From Eremomyces bilateralis CBS 781.70 (Eukaryota): a stretch of 64,000 bases of DNA. The notes below the pieces were generated by a model, which saw nothing but the letters and a program-made list of their open reading frames with translations, did not search any database and was not told the origin of the DNA. Positions 11,117-19,805 of the stretch are shown here, in pieces; the first letter of the stretch is position 1, and the number at the start of each line of letters is the position of its first letter. The position numbers and the translations under genes are program-made. Location: NCBI GenBank assembly GCA_010015585.1, contig ML975192.1; one strand, written 5' to 3'.

Positions 11117-11821
11117 TCAGACACTAACCGTGTTTAAAACCGAATCCATCCGCTCCCGCAACCGTCCACCCACCGTTACCGTGTCACTAACATCCGTACC
11201 GTCCGCAACATCATCATCGTCTAACCGTAGATCCCAACTAACCAAGACCTCCATCTCCGACTTCCCCGTCACCGCGGGTCCAAACAATGACAGCGGGCTT
11301 AACTGTACGACGTCATCCCACCACGCGGGAACCAGCCCGCCCTCCGTCAATCTGTGAAAGCGGAACCCCTCCGCCATACACCAAGTCATGTACTGACTGT
11401 ATAACGGCACCTCATCGGTCGACCTTACCACGTCCGGCTCTCCTAAGTAGGCTGCAACTCTCTGCAGCATCGACTGAGATACTAACGGAAACAGTCCAGC
11501 CGTACCTCGCCACGGATTCTCACTCCACGGCTTCTCGGGAGTTAAACACGACGCGCACCAGGAATCCGGTGCCACGATAACCTTCCCAGTCTTCGTCTTC
11601 GACGACCTCGTCTCCTCGACCGAATAACCCGGACCTAGCACCACTACGTGGCGATCGCAACCACGTCGCGAACAGCATAGCACCGTCGCCGTTCCCAAGG
11701 GCGTCTCCATCTTTTGTACCTCTACGAGCCCTCGCCCCCTATAGAGCGGTACCGTATCCTCCACCACTACCGTGGCCACTGGCTCCATTACTACGTCGCC
11801 AACTATCTCGTTACCGGTCAT
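11117..11821 (-). CDS. Segment A protein, 234 aa, unknown function, putative Zn-binding (CCSRRGC...WCASC)
   Basis: Intact ORF between the shared promoter and downstream blocks; candidate leader intron 11859-11963. Confidence 0.7.
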   Translation of the reverse strand: MTGNEIVGDVVMEPVATVVVEDTVPLYRGRGLVEVQKMETPLGTATVLCCSRRGCDRHVVVLGPGYSVEETRSSKTKTGKVIVAPDSWCASCLTPEKPWSENPWRGTAGLFPLVSQSMLQRVAAYLGEPDVVRSTDEVPLYSQYMTWCMAEGFRFHRLTEGGLVPAWWDDVVQLSPLSLFGPAVTGKSEMEVLVSWDLRLDDDDVADGTDVSDTVTVGGRLRERMDSVLNTVSV

Positions 11822-12089
11822 CTCGAGACCTCGACGATAACAACCAAGAAGGTGATCCCTAACGGACAGCTTATCAGTATCCCTTCATTACCAGGACACT
11901 CCATTAATCGGCTACCGCCTTATACTGACTCCAAACGTTGACTCAACGAGAAAAGAACCTTACCTGTTTACCTGACCTACCGATCAAAGCTGGTCTACCC
12001 ACCTAAGTGACTAGTCAGTAGTTTCTATCAAACGACGCTCTACGAAGCGGAACCAAAACGAGTCAACGACGACGTCACAGTCAAACAAA

Positions 12090-12300
12090 GCGGGGATCCC
12101 CTCCATTAAGTACCTAAAGTGTTTACCAACACGTGATGTATGTATCACTCCATGCGGCCCTTTGAAAGGGCCTCTTGCACTCCCTTGGCAGTCCGTGCTT
12201 AGCCAGTGAACTTCATTGCATTACGTTCCTATGAGTGGCTTTCGCTACGCTCCAGCCCTAACGGTGAGACCTGAAGGTCTCCTACAAGAATCTACGGCCC
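12090..12300 (-). promoter_or_regulatory. Shared promoter/common-region block of segment A
   Basis: GGGGATCCCC, CACGTG, CATGCGGCCCTTTGAAAGGGCC; homologous to 13695-13900, 14495-14685 (inverted) and 15300-15400 (inverted, diverged). Confidence 0.75.
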
Positions 12301-12301
12301 A

Positions 12302-12351
12302 TGCGGCCCACCGACTATAAGCAAAGATAGACATAGTCGAGGTGGGCCGTA
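12302..12351. other. Stem-loop, putative rolling-circle origin, copy 1
   Basis: Arms TGCGGCCCACCGACTAT / ATAGTCGAGGTGGGCCGTA around loop AAGCAAAGATAGAC. Confidence 0.65.
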
Positions 12352-12520
12352 AATCCTGCGCCACTGGCCGTGGCGTCAAGTACCCTTTCCAAGGGTTTTT
12401 AGAAGCCCTAGCTCTACCAGGCAAGGCTCTCTGCCATCCTAGCTTCGCTAACGTTTGGGGGGTTGCACCCCCTCTCCGCTTCGCTCCGACCCCCCGCCAT
12501 CCGGATCCTATGCTAGGGAA
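12352..12520. repeat. Viral common region, downstream block, copy 2
   Basis: Homologous to 10786-10985 and 13953-14190. Confidence 0.9.
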
Positions 12521-12617
12521 GGACACTCTAGTCACTAGTAGATACAGTCATAAGCAATAAGTAAAGCAAGTACTAAGAGAAAAACCGTATACTAATTTCA
12601 ACTATGAAAATACGCAG

Positions 12618-13625
12618 TCACGAGTAATAAACATCAAGCATCAGGTTGGACAACCAACCATACTCCAACGGACCCATTCCGCGATTTCCATCCTTGGGCA
12701 GGATCGCACCTAACGCCCGGACGCCAAACATCAACTCTAGATTCGGCTCAAACACAGGAAGGTTCCCCTCCGACGTTGCAAACTCCATCTTCTTATCCAG
12801 CGCCCAATATACCTGGATATCCCGCGTATCATACTGAACATAGCCTCCCGGCGTATTCGGCGCCCAATTCTGCGTCCGCATTATACCGCTGACATGGTAC
12901 TCCTGCGCGAACGTCCTCCCACTCTTCCGCTTCTCATCCTCACCGACCTTCCACCTTGCCTCGCCTACCGGCTGCCCAGGCCCGTCCGCCAACCGGCAAT
13001 TAAATAGGCTATGATCCGTCGAATCAAACATTATCGACCCTTTCGGACCAGGGATAACCGAAAACGGTCCGTCTTTCGCTACCCGTAGAAAATTCGTCTC
13101 CTCTACCCTTAGTAGACGAACCCGCTTCGCTGTTTGATCTTCGAACCCAACTCTAAAAGTTGTCGGAATATCTCCACCCCCTCCGTCCGTCTCGACCAAC
13201 TTTTCCTGTACCCGCGCCGGATAACATACGCCCATTACCTGGACTGAGGTAGCAAACGTTAACTTCAGTCGGACGCCGACTCCCTTTATATGGACCTTAT
13301 CGGTACGCCTCCAACAACTGTCGGGACCACTATTCATCGACCGCTGAACCGGAATCACCTGCGTAATCGGAACCCGGAAGTACGACTCCGCCGCTTGGGG
13401 ACCTTCGCTACACAAGATAACCTTATCCGGATGACCCCTCAGAATCACCTTCTGAGGCGGACCTTTCGCAAGACGAGCAACCTCATCCTTTACCGCACGT
13501 TGGACTACGCGGGAAACTACCGCCTTTCCTATAGTCTTCTTTCCGCTTCGCTTCTTTAGCGGCATCCTCTTCTTATACGGCTTACGACCATAGCCCTTTC
13601 GGCTAGACGAGTATCGAGCGACCAT
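12618..13625 (-). CDS. Segment B: capsid-like protein of geminivirus/genomovirus (single jelly-roll) type, 335 aa
   Basis: Arg/Lys-rich N-arm (MVARYSSSRKGYGRKPYKKRMPLKKRSGKK), then IPVQ...WRRTDKVHIKGVGVRLKL, VYWALDKKMEF and a terminal strand LMLDVYYS, in the order expected for CRESS capsids. Confidence 0.75.
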   Translation of the reverse strand: MVARYSSSRKGYGRKPYKKRMPLKKRSGKKTIGKAVVSRVVQRAVKDEVARLAKGPPQKVILRGHPDKVILCSEGPQAAESYFRVPITQVIPVQRSMNSGPDSCWRRTDKVHIKGVGVRLKLTFATSVQVMGVCYPARVQEKLVETDGGGGDIPTTFRVGFEDQTAKRVRLLRVEETNFLRVAKDGPFSVIPGPKGSIMFDSTDHSLFNCRLADGPGQPVGEARWKVGEDEKRKSGRTFAQEYHVSGIMRTQNWAPNTPGGYVQYDTRDIQVYWALDKKMEFATSEGNLPVFEPNLELMFGVRALGAILPKDGNRGMGPLEYGWLSNLMLDVYYS

Positions 13626-13694
13626 AATGTTTACCAACCCAGTTTAGCAACTGAACGAAAACTAATCGTAGACGACGTTACAATAGCAGCGGAG

Positions 13695-13900
13695 GTGGGG
13701 ATCCCCTCCATTAAGTACCTACAGTGTTTACCAACACGTGATCCCGCTAGCATTCCATGCGGCCCTTTCAAAGGGCCTGATGCATTATCTTGGCAGCTAA
13801 TGCTTATTAATGAACTCCGTTGCACTTCGTTCCTATTGGTTGCATTCCTACGTCATGCCTAAAAGTGACTTCTGCGAAGTCCTAACAAAATCTACGGCCC
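13695..13900 (-). promoter_or_regulatory. Shared promoter/common-region block of segment B
   Basis: GGGGATCCCCTCCATTAAGTACCTA and GTGTTTACCAACACGTGAT shared with 12090-12140; CCAAT box on the minus strand. Confidence 0.75.
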
Positions 13901-13901
13901 A

Positions 13902-13952
13902 TGCGGCCCACCGACTATAAGCAAAGATAGACATAGTCGGTCGTGGGCCGTA
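13902..13952. other. Stem-loop, putative rolling-circle origin, copy 2
   Basis: Same left arm and identical 14-nt loop as 12302, different bulge in the right arm; starts exactly 1600 nt downstream. Confidence 0.65.
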
Positions 13953-14350
13953 ATCCACCAGCCACTGGCCGTGGCTGAATGTACCCTTTGCCAAGGGTTT
14001 TTAGATGCCCTACCAGGCACCCTGATTAGGTAACGCCCTACCAGGCAAGGTATCTCTGCCTCCTTAGTCCCTGAGTAAAACCTATTGGTTAAGGCTCTCT
14101 GCCTTCCTAGCTTCGCAATGTTTGGGGGGTTGTACCCCCTCTCCACTTCGCTCCGACCCCCCGCTATCCGGAAATCGTACTGGGAGGGAAGACTTGATCA
14201 GTTAGTAAAGACGTGATCTTCAGTGAAACCAGTCCAAAGTGAGACGGTTTGATCGCAGAAGTTACGAGAACCACTTTCATTTATTGCAAAGCTAAAGAAG
14301 AAGAGCTATCTACGACGCGTGCGCGATGTCCAAGACTTCGACAGTTGACT
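13953..14350 (-). repeat. Common region copy 3 plus the truncated 3' end of a further segment
   Basis: Downstream block 13953-14190, then AGTGAAACCAGTC (also at ~10999) and AATAAA on the minus strand near 14280; cut by an LTR fragment. Confidence 0.7.
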
Positions 14351-14402
14351 TAGTCACGTGACTATCATTCAGGAGACAGGCCACAGGCCTGGAACCATAA
14401 CA
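14350..14402. mobile_element. LTR end related to family B
   Basis: ACAGGCCACAGGCCTGGAACCATAACA matches the end of 6193-6421. Confidence 0.65.
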
Positions 14403-14494
14403 GGAATCGTTAATACCAATTTGCGTTATGACTCTACAGTAACTGAGCCTAAGCAGCAATCGTGCTTAATCATCATCCCCGCATAAATGCGACA
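14403..14494 (-). mobile_element. LTR family D terminal fragment (92 bp)
   Basis: Identical to 10665-10756. Confidence 0.85.
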
Positions 14495-14685
14495 CTTCGC
14501 AGAAGTCACTCGTAGACCGCAGCGTAGCGGAGGTAACCAATAGGAACGCAATGCAATGAAGTTCACTTGTTAAGCACGGACTGCCAAGTGAGTGCAAGAG
14601 ACCCTTTGAAAGGGCCGCATGGAGTGATGCACGGGTCACGTGGACCTCGTAGAGGTTTCCTATAAGGAAGGGGGTCCCCCACTAG
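14495..14685 (+). promoter_or_regulatory. Shared promoter block of segment C (inverted relative to A and B)
   Basis: Reverse complement of the A/B block; CCAATAGGAAC, CCCTTTGAAAGGGCCGCATGG, CACGTG, TATAAG, GGGGGTCCCCC. Confidence 0.8.
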
Positions 14686-14852
14686 ATTCGTAGAAGGCGG
14701 ATTTAATAGAAGAGCCATTCCACTACACTGCGCTACGCTTCGCTGCGCTCTCGTTTCGTTCCAGGCGCGCTATAGGTATCTAGGCCGCTAATCGATAGAT
14801 TCTAGACTGATCTAGACGACTCGGTAGAGGATTACTTAGTAAGTACTAATGA

Positions 14853-15239
14853 TTAATAGAAGAGAAAGAGGCGAAAGTCCTCGGTAGAGTATCTTGGTCC
14901 TTGATGACGATAAGGAGACTGATTACAAGTCCGGTAGGGCGGGTCCTCTTGGTAGAAGAAGTTGGCGGTTGCCTCGACGGCTTAGAGATGCCGTTACGGA
15001 GCGAAGCGGAGAGGGAGTCATTGGCGATAGCGCACCGGATCAGTGACCGGTAGCGTGGGTATCATATATGCGAGTGGAATGGAGCACGGAATTGTTGGTG
15101 TAGTCGAGAGAGTCGGTGGACGGAGTACCCGCATTCGCACTGGGACACGGGAAACGTGTGTCGAGAGCCGCGGTGTGAGGCTCATACGCAGCTGACGGAA
15201 TTGGAGGTAGCGCTGGGGACGGCAGGACAATGGTCGTGA
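14853..15239 (+). pseudogene. Segment C ORF, Cys/His-rich, one internal TAG
   Basis: 128-codon frame with a single stop at 15051 (CAG>TAG type): ...HRISDR*RGYHICEWNGARNCWCS...NVCREPRCEAH; candidate intron 14776-14859. Confidence 0.55.
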
Positions 15240-15299
15240 CGAGATGGGTCTCGGTCGTCGATGGGAGTGGGAGACGCGGAGGACGAGAGGGCCGGTAGG

Positions 15300-15685
15300 G
15301 ACGCCAAGGAAATGCACTCTGCCAAGAGGGCCGCATGATCGAAGTACACGGGTGAAGTGGGTCGATAGATAAATTGTTATATAAGAAGGGGATTCCTACT
15401 GGATCTCCTGTAGCGATGTCTTCGACGACTCGTCTTCGTTTCGCCTCGTTTCGTTGATAAACGGGTCGGATAGGATGGTTTACCGCGTAACTGCCTTGTT
15501 AGGATGGTTAACTAGTGGATCATAGATGGATTCGTATGGCTTACCTCGAGAGTCTTTGCTCGCGGAGTCGGATGGTCTCGTTAGTAGAGTCTGGTGATGT
15601 TGTTTCATCGCGGATCGTGTCGCGTCGTCTGGTTAAGCGTTGGTGCCTTGTAGCCTGACTGGCTTGTCAGTGTCTGTGTTATTGT
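15300..15685 (+). other. Segment D: diverged promoter block and truncated 5' part
   Basis: GCCAAGG..TGCA, GAGGGCCGCATG, CACGGGT, TATATAAG, GGGGATTCC in the same order as segment C; cut by the Mutator-like element. Confidence 0.55.
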
Positions 15686-15955
15686 GGGCTAGCAGTTCAC
15701 CACAGGTTCGGAAAAACCTCGTCGCAGGTACGATCTCGGCGCAGGTAGAATTAGCCCGTGGCGGTGCAATTCTCTACCTGCGGTCAACTTTTAGCTTGTA
15801 CTTTACATAAGCGCAAAAAAACATGCCACCGATCGAAAGTTACTGGTATTTCGGCAGTAGATGTACTGCATATGCTACACATAGCGCATAAAGAATTTCT
15901 GCCCACACCTCCCACCTATCTGTTACTTCTCTTTTCCCTGGAATTGACTTTAGAG

Positions 15956-18900
15956 ATGCCAGTATCTGATTCTATCACCGACAGGTATAAATATGTCTAA
16001 TGTCTTCCGCTAGGCCCCCAACTCCGGTCAATGCTCGTACAGCGCAATGGTTATCGATGCTAGTAAGGAATATGCAGACCACATGCGGGGCATATATTGA
16101 CCCAAATAGCACACCACACCCACGGCGGCCCGTCAGGGAATACTTGGTCTCTCATAGGACGATGAGGCACATGCTGAAGACATGCACGCGAATGAGATCC
16201 GTCCAATCATGTCGGAGGACGTCGCTGATATCGTCCGGATGGGATATACCAAGGCAAGTTTATGGACTGACGGTATCGAACATATACTAAGCATATACAG
16301 GAATTCCTGGAGGAGTATGGGCTGGTGATTGCGTCCAATGGTCCCTCTAAAGTAGTCGTTCGGGAGGTTTATGATCATATTACGCTACCAGGGTACCCAT
16401 TCACTAGTGTTAAGGGGATCCTTCACTGTATTCGCTCCGCACCGATCATTCCATATCGAAAAGCGTCAATTTCGGATGCCCGGGCCGCAATTAGCAAAGT
16501 GATGTCTGGGGTGTGTTGCGCATATACTTTGGATATACACTGCTTATGTACAGCAGATTCAGTTCAGTATCCGCGCGATTGGAAACCCTGAAAAGCACCA
16601 CTTTCGCTTCCTGGGCATGTCTGGGAAGAAGGGTGACGAAACGACACATGCGTGGCATATGCAATACCGTTGTTCTGGGATTCGCCACTGCGAACTGGCC
16701 CATCAGAGTATCCTGACCTTATGCAGAGCATATGATCGTGTCCGTGTTGAAACTATTACTAAGATTCGACAGTTCAGTAGTCGGGTGTCTACTAATATTA
16801 CCCAGGAGCTTAAACTAGAGACAGAAAGGTACCTATATGATGCATATGCCAAATATATACTGAACATATTCGTAGCTTCTACAATGCGTTCATGATGAAG
16901 TGGAATCAAGATAAATGCAAACCGCCTGACGTTGCCGATATCATATGCTCTGCAGATCCAGATATATATGAGCTCAATGGAGTTTGTATATGCCATGCAT
17001 ATGGCCAACACATGCTGATCATATACAGATCACTTTCATTGGCTGCCCTCTGGCGAGTGCGCAGGAAACATGGCACTTTACTATTCCTGTCACTGCTTCG
17101 TTCGCACGCATTGATCAGGACTATCTACGGGCACTATTCCAGTACGGAGTTAAACCACAGAGGTCTCATTGCGTTTTTATCGATCAGACTACGGGCCGGA
17201 GGCGACGCTGTGGTAGGTAAATAGTCAAATATGTTAGGCATATGCTAAGTATTAGTAGGATTTGATCACCCGGAGGGCTATGGCAAGGTAGTGCAGAGGG
17301 AATGCGAGGTCCGATTTGATATATATGTCCCCGTCAACATGGCACGATATAAGTTTTTTGTACTCTGTGCATGCGGTCCGCATTCGCACCATCCTCCCTT
17401 TCCGAATCGCGTGTCTGAAGATGTTAGGCAACTCATCAGAAATGCTCTCAAAGAGGAGGATGTGTTGACTCTTACTCCGCGTATGCAGCGCACTTGCAGA
17501 ACATATACCTAAGCTAACCAGTCATAGTCCGATTCATCCAGTCTCCCACATTCAAATCCCTGATGCAAGCATATGGCCAGGATATGTCAGAGGCTATTGC
17601 ACGTGCTGTTGCGGTACGAGACCGCATTTCGATGTTGATTCGGAAACAACGGCTATTAGAGCATCCGGACGGAACATCGCTAGCTGGTCAGTATGTGTTA
17701 TATATATGCACGGCATAGACTAATCATAAGCAGGCGTTGCGCGGGAGGCTGATATTGACCGCACCCGCCCAAACGAACAGCAGTGGATCAGGAAAATAGT
17801 ATTTATCGACGAAGCCGGGGAAGCCTCAACATGTGGTTCGCACTACATTGTCATATGCATGACATATGCAGGAGCTAAACAATTTCACAAATCAAATATG
17901 TTTGAAATGGATACAGCATTCAAGGGCGTCCATGGTGGCCATAACGTGTTTTCCATCGCAGGGTGGGATTCTGAGGTTCGACGTAAGTTGACCATATACA
18001 CGGCATATTTCGTAACTGACAATATCATGCTTGTTCGTCTATTGTTGGGTTTTTACCACCATAACAACGACCCCGCAATGGCGGACTCTTTTTTATCACC
18101 TGTTCGATACGTTCGATACTGTTGGGAGCGAAGTAATCCATTGGTGGCATACCCATCAAGGCTCTGGAATCCGGACATTTACCGTAGATATGGACAAGGC
18201 TTAGGCGTTCGGTGAGTTAAGGTATATGTACACCATATGAAGAGCATGGGCTAAGTTCATGCTTAGGTCTCGGCCAGTACTTGCATGAGTAAGACCCATC
18301 GTGGAGTGTTCTCGAGCATCTCTCGTATATCCTTATCTTCTGCCGAACGCATGTTCTGCGGAACCTCCGTAAATATAATCATGGCAAACTACGAGCACGC
18401 GATATCGAGTTCCTATGGTGCGCGAAATCCGAAGCGGAATTGGTATAAAAGGCTGCAGACGTATGCCAAGCATATCCTCAGCTTAAACCGTTCATTAACC
18501 ACAAGCTCGAGGACTGGTGTATCATTGGCCTTGCGCCGGAGCATACCCGTATGTATCCGGAGTGGTTTACCTATGCGAGGAAGCATTCAGGTATCGCCGA
18601 AAGCTCTCATTTTAAGGATAACAACTTCACTGGCCGTAATCTTAGTCTGCTTGGGGCAGTAATGAGGTACGTACTATATATATGCTTTGCATATGGAATG
18701 CTTATGCCTCTAGGCTTCGCGATCATGCCTTCAACATCTTGACCAGTCGAGAGATTGAGCTATCGCGAGGTATACGCGCTACATGGCGGCAATGTGGACG
18801 CATCGAAAGTTACAGGACCAAGTTCTCTTACCAAGGTCAGTTATCCTATAGCCTAAGGCTTTTATATATGCTTAGTAGATCTATGGGTAGTTCGGAGACA

Positions 18901-19639
18901 ACTCGAGGCTGCAGAGCGCCGCCAATTAGACCCTCGTCTCCCGTGGGATCCCACGAACCCGTTCATGGAACCGGCACAGCATGCGCCTGGCATATACGAC
19001 GCCGATGACTGGAGGATTCTGGATGTAGCCGACGAGGTCGAACACGGTAAGATAGGCTATGCCATATATATGCCTAGCTATACTAATATTAAATAAGATT
19101 CCCTGCCTGCAAACGATACCCTGCCTGCAAACGATACCCTGCCTGCAATCGATCCCTTGCTCTATCTAGACGCTTGTAGAACCGTCGCTGTCGAGCAAAT
19201 GCCTAACATAACCCCTACAGTTGTAATTCAGACGCCACCACGACAAATACAACCACCAGACCCTACATGCTCCGCATATGTACGGCACACGCGATCAGTC
19301 GACTCGCTTCTCCAGGCCGGACCGAGTTCAAGGCCAAATCGGCAAGCAAGTCCGCTTAGACCAAGCATAGGCTCTGCATATGCGCCAAAGCGGACTCACT
19401 CGCAGCGTCAGTCCACGGACGATACTGAGCATATGCACATACGTGATATCGAAAAGGATCGCGCAAATGGTATGACTCTCCGCAGTGCCACAAAAGCACA
19501 TGCTCAGCGTATGTCAGTCCGGCGCGAAAGACCAGCACGCGCTCAGCATATGCGGACCAGAAGCCAGGAGGAGTTTCACGCAAAGGCAGCGGAGCTTGAA
19601 GCTAGAATCGAGGCGATGCTGGAGACGGATTTACTATAA
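15956..19639 (+). pseudogene. Intron-rich MULE-type DDE transposase with nonsense mutations
   Basis: Spliced motifs GPHSHHPP, FEMDTAFK, FTVDMDKA*, LIFCRTH (CxxH), SGIAESSH...RNLSLLGAV; stops at 18202 (TAG) and 18290 (TAA); 18-bp tandem x3 at ~19100-19156. Confidence 0.75.
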
Positions 19640-19805
19640 ACATATGCACGCCACATCCTATTCATATGCGAAATTGAACATGTCTTTCTTAAGAATATTC
19701 ATGCTCCTTTATACTATCGACGTGTAGTGTACATGCTGCGCATATGAATTTGCCTTTTCAGGGATCAGTAGAAACTTCCCCATATGCTAAGCATATGGCC
19801 ACGAT

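Larger units (their letters stand above)
10780..15685. mobile_element. Endogenous multi-segment CRESS-like (circular ssDNA) virus array
   Basis: Different single ORFs embedded in shared non-coding blocks repeating every ~1.5-1.67 kb; one ORF is capsid-like; stem-loop conserved at 12302 and 13902. Confidence 0.75.

Noticed and set aside
10780..15685. A Rep gene (HUH endonuclease/SF3 helicase) for the virus-like array
   Set aside because: No RCR motifs I-III or Walker A in any frame I could read. GPAVTGKS in ORF A lacks GxxxxGKS spacing and helicase context.
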